Of a stretch of 64,000 nucleotides of DNA, positions 12,441 through 25,498 are shown piece after piece. Within the stretch, counting starts at the first letter, position 1. Each line of letters starts with the position of its first letter. Position numbers and translations under genes: made by a program. Under the pieces are notes generated by a model. That model made no database searches. It saw nothing but the letters and a program-made list of their open reading frames with translations, and had not been told where the DNA came from. The DNA comes from Octopus sinensis (lineage: Eukaryota), in assembly GCF_006345805.1 (NCBI RefSeq), contig NC_043006.1, positions 91,450,001 through 91,514,000 on the forward strand. Direction: 5' to 3'.

Positions 12441-12483
12441 TGTAAATATATATATGTATATATATATATGTATATGTATATAT

Positions 12484-12515
<32 letters not shown>

Positions 12516-12517
12516 GT

Positions 12518-12910
12518 GGAGGCGCAATGGCCCAGTGGTTAGGGCAGCGGACTCGCGGTCATAGGATCGCGGTTTCGATTCCCAGACCGGGCGTTGTGAG
12601 TGTTTATTGAGCGAAAACACCTAAAGCTCCACGAGGTTCCGGCAGGGGATGTTGGTGATCCCTGCTGTACTCTTTTACCACAACTTTCTCTCACTCTTAC
12701 TTCGTGTTTCTGTTGTTCCTGTATTTCAAAGGGCCGGCCTTGTCACTCTCTGTGTCACGCTGAATATCCCCGAGAACTACGTTAAGGGTACACGTGTCTG
12801 TGGAGTGCTCAGCCACTTACACGTTAATTTCACGAGCAGGCTGTTCCGTTGATTCGGATCAACCGGAACCCTCGTCGTCGTAACCGACGGAGTGCTTCCA
12901 CATTCCACAT
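12518..12910 (+). mobile_element. SINE family D (tRNA-derived), tail type 1
   Basis: GGAGGCGCAATGGCCCAGTGGTTAGGG (A box)...GGTTTCGATTCCC (B box); ends ...CGTAACCGACGGAGTGCTTCCACATTCCACAT. Confidence 0.85.
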
Positions 12911-13158
12911 ATATATATAAATTAGTAATGCAATACTAAAGTATTGCTTTCCAGTAAAGAATAGCCCGTGAGGGAAAAATATACAAAGAAGTAAATATAT
13001 GGCACAACGATATTTACTGGAAATAGCGAACGTAATAATACGACGCTAATGTATAGCTTCACCGCGTATGTACTGCAAAAATGCGTGAGTGCAACAAAAA
13101 AATTGTCTTACCTCCAGGGAGAACATCTGAAAGATGAAATACCTGGAAAAGGATAATG

Positions 13159-13230
13159 TGGGACCGGCGCCGGTTTCAGATTTTTCAAGATATGCCTGCA
13201 CACATATACTTGATCTATCTTCATCAGCCA
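13159..13230 (-). ncRNA. Type I hammerhead ribozyme motif (left arm)
   Basis: Reverse complement of the 13584-13655 motif; core intact. Confidence 0.8.
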
Positions 13231-13583
13231 AACATATACCACGACAACATTTCAGATGTTACCACATTAATGCCAATACACTCGACTGAAACGCCGAAAC
13301 GCTAACAGAACGAGAACGGTGAAGAAGTTTCAATAAATTAGTAATGCAATACTAGAGTATTGCTTTCCAGTAAAGAATAGCCCGTGAGGGAGAAATATAC
13401 AAAGAAGTAAATAAATATTTTTCCCTCACGGGCTATTCTTTACTGGAAAGCAATACTCTAGTATTGCATTACTAATTTTATTGAAACTTCTTCACCGTTC
13501 TCGTTCTGTTAGCGTTTCGGCGTTTCAGTCGAGTGTATTGGCATTAATGTGGTAACATCTGAAATGTTGTCGTGGTATATATT

Positions 13584-13655
13584 TGGCTGATGAAGATAGA
13601 TCAAGTATATGTGTGCAGGCATATCTTGAAAAATCTGAAACCGGCGCCGGTCCCA
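13584..13655 (+). ncRNA. Type I hammerhead ribozyme motif (right arm)
   Basis: TGG-CTGATGA-AGAT[CAAG/CTTG, ATATG/CATAT inner stems]ATCT-GAAA-CCGGCGCCGG-TC-CCA. Palindromic stem III; GUC cleavage after C13652. Confidence 0.8.
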
Positions 13656-14272
13656 CATTATCCTTTTCCAGGTATTTCATCTTTCAGATGTTCTCCCTGG
13701 AGGTAAGACAATTTTTTTCAACTTTGTTGCACTCACGCATTTTTGCTAGTACATACGCGGTGAAGCTATACATTAGCGTCGTATTATTACGTTCGCTATT
13801 TCCAGTAAATATCGGTACTTCGTTGTGCCATATATTTACTTCTTTGCATTGAGGAGACGGTAAGTAATGAGATGGGGCAGAAAATTGCTATGTTTAGTTA
13901 AATTGATATTGTTTCAAACTTAACCAACACCGTATTGACGATAGAGAAATTATGTGTTTGGAAATTGTTTTTTGTCTGCTTCTCATCAATAAACAGACTG
14001 AAGTAAAAATTTTCACTAATATATTTGGGGAGAGAGTTTTAACCGTTAAACACATAGAAATTGTTGTAGGTGTTGAAAGAAAACATCAGCAGTGAAAATT
14101 GCGAGTCCAGAGTAACAACATGAAAATCAGAAAACAATAAAATTGGCGTTGACATACATAACTTTTAGCTTTTACTTATTTCAGTTATAAGACTGCAGAA
14201 ATGCCGGGAAGGGTTTTCTGGCCAGGAAAGGTTTTCTTGAACAAATTGATCCAAGTATGTCTTTAATGGTTA

Positions 14273-14420
14273 AGGCGCATGACCTCCTGGTTAGAGTGTT
14301 CGGTTTATAATAAGGTCGCAGATTCAATTTCTAAACGATTTGGTGTGTTGTATCCTTCAGCAAAGCATTTTATTTCACGTTGTTCCAGTCTACGCAGCTG
14401 TAACGAGTTCCAACCAGGCA
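14273..14420 (+). mobile_element. SINE family C, diverged 5' part
   Basis: AAGGCGCATGACCTCCTGGTTAGAGTG...TTTATTTCACGTTGTTCCAGT is homologous to the 17919-18253 copy. Confidence 0.7.
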
Positions 14421-14965
14421 CTGGTGCAGTCTTTCCTCACTCATCTCTCGTAATTCATAATATTTAAGCGAGACCAGAAGTGCGAATGCCGAGAGGAGGG
14501 TAGCTATGTTTGCTTCCGATTACACAGTACGATGAAGCAAGTAGCGAAAGCATGTTTCGTGTTACCGAGCTGTTCGCGAGTTACGCTTTAACTGTACTTA
14601 GACCCGCAGTGAGATGGATGATTAATTCTGGTCAAAGAAACTCAAATAAGGCAATCCTGGAATTTAGAATAAACAAAATTAATGAAATACAATAAAATGC
14701 GTTATAAATACAGCGTTAGGAAGTCGACGAGAAAAGCCTATACTGGTCAATCTATCTGCAGGAAATAACAACAAAATCTCTCCCAAATAAACTTTATAAA
14801 ACGGGTTAATCGTGGCTGACATTCATTTGATCAAAAATCAAGCGATATTTTTTGTTTCTTAGAAGTTACTCTCAAGAAAGCGGCAAAAGAACCAGCATTA
14901 GCACGTTACGTGTTACAAAAGCAAAGGAAAGTAAAAAAGTGAATGGGTATTTGGCTTAAGTCTAA

Positions 14966-15283
14966 TCTATATATATAAAGCTGAAGTTGTCTGTGTATGG
15001 CAGGCTTGGTAACCTTCAACTAACACTATCTCCTCCGAGACCCTGCGGCGCAAGTTGATCAAAAATTATTTACATAAAAAAGGTGCTTTTTTTCTATGAA
15101 AATCCCTATTTTTTACGATTTTTTGACTGGTGTGTCGCCATTTTTCGGTGTATTTCAACCAGAAAAATGTTCACTTAAAGAGAATAACAAGCTACATAAT
15201 GCAAAACTTTTACTTTTCAAAAATTCCAATTCTAAAGGGTCGAAAAGAAAACAAGCCCGAGCAACGCTGGGCTATACTGCCAG
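14966..15283 (+). mobile_element. Non-autonomous Helitron (318 bp)
   Basis: Begins TCTATATATATAAAG after A14965. GC hairpin GCCCGAGC-AAC-GCTGGGC at 15255-15272. Ends CCAG (a CTAG variant) before T15284, i.e. an A|T insertion. Confidence 0.75.
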
Positions 15284-15389
15284 TTTAATGATATAATGCA
15301 AGATTTCAAAAGTGTTCTGCTTTACTGTTCGATAGGGGTTCTTTTTATACAACTCACACCGCCGTTGCTACATCTTTGGTCTTCCACCC

Positions 15390-15880
15390 TGTCTTCATAT
15401 GGGAACATTTTCTGATGTTGAATTTATTTTGGTGTCGGCAGTGCGACATGATTTCATATTTCTTGTTTAGCAAGTATGTGATTATACCGTATTTTTTTGC
15501 GATTTAGACGAAAATGTTTTGGAAGCAGTATAGGGCCGCTCAGCCTTTTATTTTCCATTAAATCTTGCGTTTATGTATTTATCTTCCAATCTAGAGTATT
15601 TTTTTGAGAAAGATGTTCTATTTAAATTGACGATAATTGCGGGGGAAGTGTATTTGTTGTATATATTTAGCTTTGAAAATCGCTCTAGTAACGTCGATGT
15701 ATTTGTTCTTTGTGATTTTTCCCTTTCAATAATATTGTTTATTTGCAGAGTATGTTTTTCTGAGGTTTGCCTCTCTGTTATTGCATCTGTTTTCACCTGC
15801 AGGAAGTGCATTTCTTTGTATGTTTTGTATGATATACTTAAGGCTTTATTGTGCTGCTCTAGATGAGTTTTCAATTTTTT
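15390..15880 (-). pseudogene. Penelope-like GIY-YIG region relic
   Basis: Minus frames give NRTSFSKKYSRLEDKYINARF, WKIK, RPYTASK and LLNKKYEIMSHCRHQNKF, colinear with the C-terminus of the 22.6-kb element. Confidence 0.55.
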
Positions 15881-16057
15881 CCTTTAGAATAGCTCTGTTT
15901 GGCTGGAAAGTGTTTCGTTATTAGTGACAAGTAGATTCACAACACAAAGTTTATATCGTAGCGTGAAATTCGAGCCACGAGAAAGGAATTCTGTTTAAAT
16001 AAGCAATATATTTTGTACATTAAACTACTCTTAGTTCATTCGTTGGCAAACAAAGTA

Positions 16058-16215
<158 letters not shown>

Positions 16216-17918
16216 ATATATACAAGCAAAAATGCTAGTTCTAAAATCTCTCTAAGAGATCACCGCAGTAGTTGTGCTGGCAAGTAATATTCGTAACCAC
16301 TTCAGCATGGCTGTCCGTTCGAACAGGCTGTACTGCGATTTTTTTAACTCCAAGAGGGCATCTCCCTTGGCTGGTTAACGATGCAGAGCTGTATCCGATA
16401 AATTTTGATATATATATATACATATATACACACACACACGTATGTCTGCGTGTATGTGTATTGGCGTGTGTTTAGGGTGATGCATTTATTGGCAGCAAAT
16501 TTGAATTTTTTTTTAATGTTGTGCTTTAGAATAGGTTTTCATTGTATGCGCTTCTAATCTTTTCTTTTCTAAGAGTTTATCATATCTGGCATCACATCCA
16601 TTTAAATGCAAATCGAAACTACCCCTGTGTACACAAGTTGTTCATTCTCCCATCGACTCATACGTTTCACGACTTCTTTTATCATTATGCAAATGAGTAG
16701 CGTCTAATTAAATGTTTCTATACATATTACTCTATAGTCTTCCACTGCTCAATATGGTGGGAAGGTGAGGTGAGCAGATCCCAATGAACTGTTAAGTCAC
16801 AATAGCACTCGTTGATTCAATCCGCAATCCAATTTGCAAAAAATACCCCCCTACCCACGAAACCTAATTACACAGTGAGACTAAATGTATACGGCCATGA
16901 ATCCTATAAATATTTATATAATAAACTACACTCTGTAAGTATTTGGCTGTCAACCTTGTTCCATTATGCAAATCAGATGCATCTAAGCACATCGTTGCTT
17001 ACCATTTCCATACACAGTCTTACGCTACTTTGGATCGTGGTCTTGGGAGTGAGAGATAAGAAGATCGTGACGATATGTATATTTATTCATTTTGCAACCT
17101 ACGCTGTATTGGCAGCCAATAATTATACATTTGCTAAATTGCATAAAACCGAAGAATTGTTTCAGATGTCCTCGATTGTCATAAACATCTCTAAAAGTTT
17201 CACTTTCTATTGTATTAGAAGTCAGATACACAGTAATGTAAGAGTAATGGATAAAAGTTTCCGAACGAAAATAAACTCAGAATTGATTTTTATAGTATCA
17301 TGTAGAAAAGCGTTGCTGTGGTAACTAATTATATAGAAACTGTCAATTTGATTCCTATACTCTTGGTAATTGATTAATTTCCTTGTACAGTTCCATCAAG
17401 AAAACATGAAGACACTGAAGTTGAGACTACGCAGATAATATAATTTCGGAAAGACTGGATGGATATAATTCTGAATGTGATTTGAGGAAGACTGAATTTA
17501 ACTGTACATAATGTGCCAGGAATTACTCAAATTTAAGTTATTGAAGAAAATTAATACAATAAAATATTATAGAATATCATAAAATATAAAATATCTTGAT
17601 AATAAGCATTAGAAATGCGTATTAGGATTTAAAAAAAAATATTTGGTCATTTAAGCGTTATTGATAACAGCTCTTGTGAAATATTCAAACTGAAAGCACA
17701 TATAAATGACTGTGCGTGTGTGTGAATGTGGATATGTGGATGCTTGCGTATATGCGAGAGAAAGGGTTAATGAGAGAATGTACGTCGATGTATAAAGCAA
17801 AATGTAGAAATAAGAAATACATACGTGCATACGCACACGCCTGTGTGCGTATGCACATGCGTGAGTGTATGAGCGTGCGTATGTGTGTATACACACACAT
17901 ATACATATATGTATATCT

Positions 17919-18253
17919 GAGACCTCCTTCGGTCATGACTGACCATGGGATTGCACCTAGGAAGTTACCCTCCCAGGCATAAGTCCGGGCAAGGTTGTTT
18001 ATGGAAGACCAGCAGTCGCCCATGCATACCATCCTCCCTTCTCAACGCCACCCGTGTTATCCAAGGGAAAGGCAAAGGGGCCGATACAGCTTGGCACCTG
18101 TGATGTCGCAACTCATTTCTACAGGTGAGTGAACTGGAGCAACGTGAAATAAATTGTCTTGCTCAAGAACACAACGCGCATCCCGATCCGGGATTCGAAC
18201 TCACAACCTCTCGAACGTAAGCTCAACGCTCTAACCACTAAGTCATGCGCCTT
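17919..18253 (-). mobile_element. SINE family C (tRNA-derived), full length
   Basis: Minus strand AAGGCGCATGACTTAGTGGTTAGAG (A box)...GAGTTCGAATCC (B box)...TTCTTGAGCAAGACAATTTATTTCACGTTGCTCCAG...CGAAGGAGGTCTC. Confidence 0.85.
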
Positions 18254-18286
18254 CACTATATGTATATATATGCATGTATGTATATG

Positions 18287-18375
<89 letters not shown>

Positions 18376-18547
18376 GTACATACATACACACATATACATA
18401 CATGCATACACACCACATATATGTAAGTGCATGTGTATGTGTATATAAATATATATGTATAAGGATGAAAAGGAACACACGAGTTGATATATATGAAAAA
18501 AACAAGTCAAGATAGAAAATGCTAAAATAATTTTATAAAGAACATTT

Positions 18548-18584
18548 CAGTACCGGTTTCGGTCATTTGAGACCTTTTCAACTG
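18548..18584 (-). ncRNA. Minimal type I hammerhead with U3-A8 core variant
   Basis: Minus strand: CAG-TTGAAAA-GGTC(TCAAAT)GACC-GAAA-CCGG-TA-CTG. The C3-G8 pair is replaced by U3-A8 and stem III is the palindrome ACCGGT. Confidence 0.75.
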
Positions 18585-18730
18585 TAACAATTAAAAAATT
18601 AAATTTAGAAAAATTAAAAGAAAAGTTTTTTTAAAAGATTATTTGTATAGTGTTCAAATATAAGTGGCATTTTCCTTGTTTCTACCTTTCTCTGTCTCTC
18701 TTGTTTACTCTCTTGTTTACACAATTGTTA

Positions 18731-18767
18731 CAGTTGAAAAGGTCTCAAATGACCAAAACCGGTACTG
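18731..18767 (+). ncRNA. Minimal hammerhead copy with G12A substitution (probably inactive)
   Basis: Identical to the left-arm motif except GACC-AAAA instead of GACC-GAAA at 18755. Confidence 0.6.
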
Positions 18768-19969
18768 AAATGTTCTTTATAAAATTATTTTAGCATTTTC
18801 TATCTTGACTTGTTTTTTCATATATATCAACTCGTGTGTTCCTTTTCATCCTTATACATATATACTTATATACACATACACATGCACTTACATATATGTG
18901 GTGTGTATGCATGTATGTATATGTGTGTATGTATGTACATATACCCCTTATCTCTTTCTTCTTCCTCCTCTCTTCCGTTCTATTTGTATATATTTATATG
19001 CATGCATGTATAAACATATATATATATACATAAATATATATATATATGCATATATATGTATACACCCACACACACACTGTAGCACTATGCCTGTACGTCT
19101 GTTAAATCACAAAGAAAACAGGTTCCTTTCGAGTAAGTACATTTGTGGTTGTGGTTTCATATTTAATTTGTGGTTTACATATTTTCTTCCTGCACTATTT
19201 TTACCGTCATGTTGACTGTTTCATTGCTCACAATACACCCGGAAATATGATAATTTCTGCCTGCAGTGTTTCACCTCTACCTCATTATTTAAGCAAGACA
19301 TGTGCTATACTTCAAGTCTTGCCTAATTAATATCAACTGTTAGTGTTGTTCAAATAAAATTGTTACAAAAATAATCTGCAGAGCTCATTCAGCGATGTTA
19401 TTATAGTACAAAAACTCTATTATAACGCTGCATATTGTTCAGGGAAGTAAAGGAAGAAAGAAAAAAAACCCCAAATAACAAGTACCTCGTAAAATGGAAA
19501 GAACGTGTGATACCATTCAGCTAATAGTATCACAGAAAACAGCAATCAATATGCAGAAAAGTATTCAATTTTAAAACTAATTTAAATTTAAAAAGTAATA
19601 AAAGAAGACGAGTATGCTTCTTATTAGAACACGTGTGTTAATAACTATAGGCTACGAAAATATAGAAGACAAACTGAAGCAAGACAGTTCTTACTCTCAT
19701 TTGTCTCTGTATGTATGTTCTAGTTTTATTTTAAGATTTCTCTCTGGCAGAGAAAAAGTCCTAACCTAGAAACAAATCTCCTTCATTAGAATTCAGCATC
19801 ATTGCCAAGATCATCTTGTATGCACGTGCATATGTATGCATTATGTGCAAGCACTATATATATAATCTATATATATATATATATAATATATATATTATAT
19901 ATTATGTATATATATACATATATATATATGTATGTATATGTATGTATGTAATATTATATGTATATATAC

Positions 19970-20014
<45 letters not shown>

Positions 20015-20385
20015 TTATAAAATGAGATAGGGGTTGAAAATTCAACCCACCATGGGATAATATATATCCAATATACTGCTAGATAGGTACCCAACAAAAT
20101 TAATACATAGATGTTAAAAAATTGTCAAACAATCAGTTCATCTTTTGCATTATATGGGTAAAGGTAATAATATTACCGTAAATTAATACTACAAAATTAG
20201 AGAATGGAGAATATACTTAAATCAGTAAAACATCAACTATCCGATGATACTCAATCCATACTTTAATACACCATTACATATGAGTAAAGGCAATACATAA
20301 AATGAAATGAGAATATCCAGTAATAGTACAAGATAAAGAGATATAAGTAAAAAATTTTCAAATATAATATGCAAATAAATCAAAA

Positions 20386-20493
20386 CTGACAGCTGTTTCG
20401 GCAGTGAGGACAGTCATACCTCATTTAACCTATAAGCCATAAAGGCAGGTATAAATGAGGCATTAACAAGGATGCCCCACGGCCTCTTCAGAG
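20386..20493 (-). ncRNA. Type I hammerhead in the 3' pLTR (sense to the ORF)
   Basis: Reverse complement of the 25194-25301 motif. Confidence 0.75.
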
Positions 20494-20863
20494 AATTAAA
20501 TTAAATTTGTTATAATAGTGAAAAATATTATACAATCATATACATATAAATAAAAAATATAAAAATGTAAAATATAAAAACTTATACATCATAAAGCTAC
20601 ACTTATATAATATAATACACATTTGTACAAAAAAGGAAGGTAAACAGAACAAAATAAAACAAAATATATAATAGTGTATATATTAATATCAATAAGTACC
20701 GATATTATACATATTTGGCTAATAGTTTTTTTTATATATATATAAAAAAAGGCTAACATATATGGAGATGAAAAATAATAATTAAATCCGTGGTACAGTT
20801 CATAAGATTCTAAAGCTATAAAAGTTAATAAAAATTACTATTATAATAATAATAATACTAATA

Positions 20864-20909
<46 letters not shown>

Positions 20910-22618
20910 TATAATAAAAAATAGATACAGTTAAGTTAGCACCAAGTCCATCCTTACAAGATCGAAATAACTATGAGTTAAGAAATGCTGACCACTAGGT
21001 AAAGAAAATATAGATTAATTCGATGGCTATTGGTTTGAAATTTAAATCACAAAAGAAAATTATACGGTTGGTTAGTCAGGGAACGCCAATATTCACACAC
21101 GCATCTACAGATCAATCGCACATACACACATAGTAATATGTATATGCATACACTTATACACATACATAATTACAAGTAACAACTAGCACATAGATAAACA
21201 AAAAGGGAAGCAACTATGCTACAATTTAGTCCTTCAAAATTATAATTGTGCCTCAATAATAAAAGAAGAACCATCCATGCATTCCATAAAATATTAATTT
21301 AGATATAAATATATTTTAAATATCAGTATGTTACTAAGTCAGATACTTATTTCATGGGTAACTTAAAATTTATAACACCGGTTTGTTGCAGAGTAAACAT
21401 ACGGTTGTTAGATTTATCGTAAGTTTGTTATGGTTTTAGTACGCTAAATTATAAAATATAAAATATAAAATATATATTAATTTAAATATTATAAATAAGT
21501 CACTTATTAACTTAATAAATATAGTGCCATAATATACCAGTTTAGGCATTAAAGAATAGAAGGGGAAGTATTAATGTAAACGCTTATGAAAACATCACAG
21601 AATTTTAAATAAATTTTATATTATAAAGACTTAAGATGAAAAGAGATAAAATAAATAAGAAGGAATAAATACGAGGAAAAATACGGTTATACACATAATT
21701 ATAAGTACAACCAGTATATATGTATTCATATATTATTAAAATAAATAACAATAAATGATAGATATGTTGTATAAAACTACCCCAGTATAAGTAAATAAGT
21801 AAAAAATAAATAGGTAGCAAATAGATGACTTGATATGTATGTAAACATCTACACTTAAATAGGCAAATAAATAAATAATATAGAAGACTAGATGCAAAAA
21901 TTGATAATATTACAATAAAATGGAAAATAAATAAAAAATAATAAATAGAGTGAATATATATGTTATATTGTTGAAAGTAAATATGTATGGAAGGATAGTT
22001 TAAAGTACAGATCCAGAAGACTATAGATATAAACTAAATATATGAGGCTGGTAATAATTATAAAGCATAATGCATGTAAATGAAAAAAGAAAATGAAAAA
22101 AATGAAAAAGGTTTATCAGTGAATAGCATAAGATACAAATTAAGGTGAGTACAAAAAGACCAAATATACAATAAAAACCTTCCAAATAAACACATACAAA
22201 AAACCTATAATCTCAACCTAAACCCACCAAACTCACAAAAGGCTCTCATATATTACATATTATACAATATCATTATATTATCCAGAGCTAGGTATCTACC
22301 CAAGATATATATATATACTATGCAATATACTATGCAATATTGGAAAACTTCAAAAATCACACATTACAAGGCAAGTACCAAAATGAATATGTTATTTTAT
22401 GTCATTTGCAATTCTCTTAAAAAAACAAAAAAAAACCCACATACAAAAAACAAGAAACCAATAATACTAGACACATCCATTAATTATTATACAAATGTAG
22501 CTATAAAATTATAAAATTATAAAATATATAAATTGTATACTTTAGAAATTATAGAAGACCACAGGTATTTAGTTAAAGAAGGGAGTTAAAAAATTAATAA
22601 TAGTGGAAGTGCTAAGTT

Positions 22619-24888
22619 CTATTTGAATCTAGAAAAGGTGAACGGTAGCCTATGAATACAAAAGAAGTTTTTTTCATTAATGTTGTTAATAATTTGCCGA
22701 CCCGCTTTAATAATGAAGAAAATTTCATTAATACATAGAGAGCATTTTTTATTTTTTCCATTATACACAGGTGCTGAAGTTAGTATTTTCCAGTTTAATC
22801 TAAAATCTAAGTTCTTATTTTTAAGCTCCCAAATGTATGCACTTAGCCCTGTAGAGTACATTCTATTTTTATTCCTAAAAGTATATCTGTGATAATTCAT
22901 CTTTGTTTTATGCTATTCATAGTTGCCCCGATATACACCCTACTACTCAATTGTGTATCTACAGTGCATTGGTAACTACCTCCTTCCTGAGGCATTGATT
23001 ACCAAATACACATTTATTTTTATTTCTGAAATTACAAAGATTAACAGAATGAGGAAATCTAAAATTGGACAACACCCCTATACTACTATTCACATTATAA
23101 GTGTTACAATTGTTATCATCATCCAAACCCAAAATCAACGAATGAGTTAATTTCACATTATCGGCTATTCCTATCACTAGTACTAGTATTGGTAGTAGTA
23201 GTATGATCTATTTCATTTATATTATCTCTGACAGGTATGGTGCACTCATTATTAGTAAGGAGGATGTTCCCATTTGTTCCAAGAAAGTTTCTATTCCTAT
23301 TATTAATGAAGAGGGGCAAGTTTTCCTGGTCTAAATTCAATTTTTTATCCTTATAGAAGTGATCCAGTTTCTTGTATTAAAAGAGGAGATAATGGTGGCT
23401 AGATTATGAGTAATGCTATATCCCACTCTAACAGTACCGTTGTTAATTAAAGGACTAAATTTATTCTTATCCTTACCAAAATGCCTAAAAATACATTATG
23501 CAAAGCTCTCACTATGTTTGTTTTAATCTGCATTGCATATGGGATAATCAACCAAAGAGTATCCTTATCAGAATTAGGATTGCCTATAGAATTAATGTTA
23601 TTTGTAAAAATCCTATTCGTAGACCAACTCATAGGATTACTATTCTTACCATTGTCATTGTTATATTTATCTATATCAATATTACCATGGTTATTGCGCA
23701 AGTAAACTTTACCATTATCATGTCTACCATAAGTTTTAATTCGTATATTATTATTAATATTCCTACTATTACCCATATGTTTAGATCTATTTGAGCTACC
23801 GTTCACCTTTCCAAGGTTAACATCACTTTTACATTTATTATAGGTGTTATCATATATTCCATTTTTACAATTCTTATGTATATTGTTGATTATCCTAAAT
23901 CTATTTGTGTTGTTCCTGATAGTTCTACCTCCATTAGGGGGGTTCCCCTTAGGTATAAACCAAATCTTACTTTTATATCCTGCCTTAAGCAATGCTGCAT
24001 TGTATCTATCACAGTGTTTGTTAAAAATTTCCTCGTTTGAGGATAAACTAGAAATTCTCTGACTAATGCTCCTCACTAGTGCATTTTTAATTTGAGGGGG
24101 GTGATTACTTGAACGGTTAATGTATATTAGGTTAGAATTAGGTTTAATATAGGGTTCATGTAAACCATTAGTAATATTACAATTAACATCTAAATAATTA
24201 GCAGAATAATTTTCACTTACAATGATAATGGATAGGCCGAAGCTTTTAAAAAATTTATTTATTCTTTTTTTCAGAAGATCTAATCTCCTATTTGATGTAT
24301 TCCTAACACAAAATAAGGCGTCATCCCTGTATAATCCACCTTTTAATTCAGGGAATTCCCTACTAAAGCTATCTAATAGATACATCCCAACTAGATCAGT
24401 CACCTCCGCTGAGTCCGGCGATCCCATTGTGATATCGAACAAGTTGGGTGTGTCCTTTCTAGCCCAAAGTTTATTATCAAACTCTATTAAAGTTTTCCTG
24501 GCTGTTAGTATAACCTTAATCTCCCCCATACTTAATTTAGTGTGTTTTCTAGCAAAAATTAAGGACTTATTTAATATAATAGGGTTAATGGAAGTGTAAT
24601 AATTCTGTATATCGAATTGTATAAATTTGTTTCTATTATAGCTAAAGTTGTTACTGTCACAGACCTTAATGGCAGAAAACCAATCCAAAGCACCCTGAGT
24701 ATTCTTCCAAAGGTTTAGTTTGATTTTATTGCGGATGGTGGGTAGGTATTTATCCAGAATGAGTTTACTTAGTCTGCCTAAGTCAGATTTAGTGGGGCAA
24801 ATTAATCTGACCTGTGTGTTTCCAAGAAAATTCTCTTTATGATCCTTTAGTGTAATTCTCGGTCTAGATGGGGTGTAGGGTTCCGTTT
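22619..24888 (-). CDS. Penelope-like RT + GIY-YIG endonuclease (frameshifted, N-terminally truncated)
   Basis: ITLKDHKENF...RLICPTKSDLGRLSK (in frame upstream of ORF 23447-24688), QFDIQNYYTSI, TMGSPDSAEVTDLVG, GLYRDDA, YINRSSNHP. After 1-nt shifts: CNFRNKNKCVFGNQCL, VV(Y)QC...VYIGAT...QR(W)NYH, KCSLCINE, CIH. Confidence 0.9.
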
Positions 24889-25193
24889 TGTACCACGGAT
24901 TTAATTATTATTTTTCATCTCCATATATGTTAGCCTTTTTTTTATATATATATAAAAAAAACTATTAGCCAAATATGTATAATATCGGTACTTATTGATA
25001 TTAATATATACACTATTATATATTTTGTTTTATTTTGTTCTGTTTACCTTCCTTTTTTGTACAAATGTGTATTATATTATATAAGTGTAGCTTTATGATG
25101 TATAAGTTTTTATATTTTATTTCATTTTATTTTTTATATTATATGTATATGATTGTATAATATTTTTCACTATTATAACAAATTAATTTAATT

Positions 25194-25301
25194 CTCTGAA
25201 GAGGCCGTGGGGCATCCTTGTTAATGCCTCATTTATACCTGCCTTTATGGCTTATAGGTTAAATGAGGTATGACTGTCCTCACTGCCGAAACAGCTGTCA
25301 G
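25194..25301 (+). ncRNA. Type I hammerhead in the inverted 5' pLTR, 85-nt stem II
   Basis: CT-CTGAAGA-GGC[CCTCATTTA/TAAATGAGG inner stem]GCC-GAAA-CAGCTG-TC-AG. Stem III is the palindrome ACAGCTGT; GUC cleavage after C25299; stem I is imperfect and AU-rich. Confidence 0.75.
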
Positions 25302-25498
25302 TTTTGATTTATTTGCATATTATATTTGAAAATTTTTTACTTATATCTCTTTATCTTGTTACTATTACTGTATATCTCATTTCATTTTATGTATTGCCTT
25401 TACTCATATGTAATGGTGTATTAAAGTATGGATTGAGTATCATCGGATAGTTGATGTTTTACTGATTTAAGTATATTTCTCCATTCTCTAATTTTGTA

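Larger units (their letters stand above)
12917..13846. mobile_element. Retrozyme/pLTR-like unit: 416-bp monomer + 81-bp partial repeat, then an inverted copy
   Basis: 12917-12997 is repeated at 13333-13413. 13415-13846 is the reverse complement of about 12984-13398 with two small insertions. Confidence 0.9.
18372..18942. repeat. Inverted repeat, ~220-bp arms with a 130-bp spacer, each arm with a minimal hammerhead
   Basis: 18372-18592 is the reverse complement of 18723-18942 with only a few differences. Confidence 0.9.

Noticed and set aside
12518-12600. tRNA gene calls at SINE heads (also 18170-18253 and 37570-37650)
   Set aside because: A and B boxes are present, but the sequence continues into multicopy SINE bodies and lacks a complete cloverleaf and terminator.
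16812-17324. 170-aa plus-strand ORF
   Set aside because: Non-ATG start, AT-driven hydrophobic composition and no recognisable motif.
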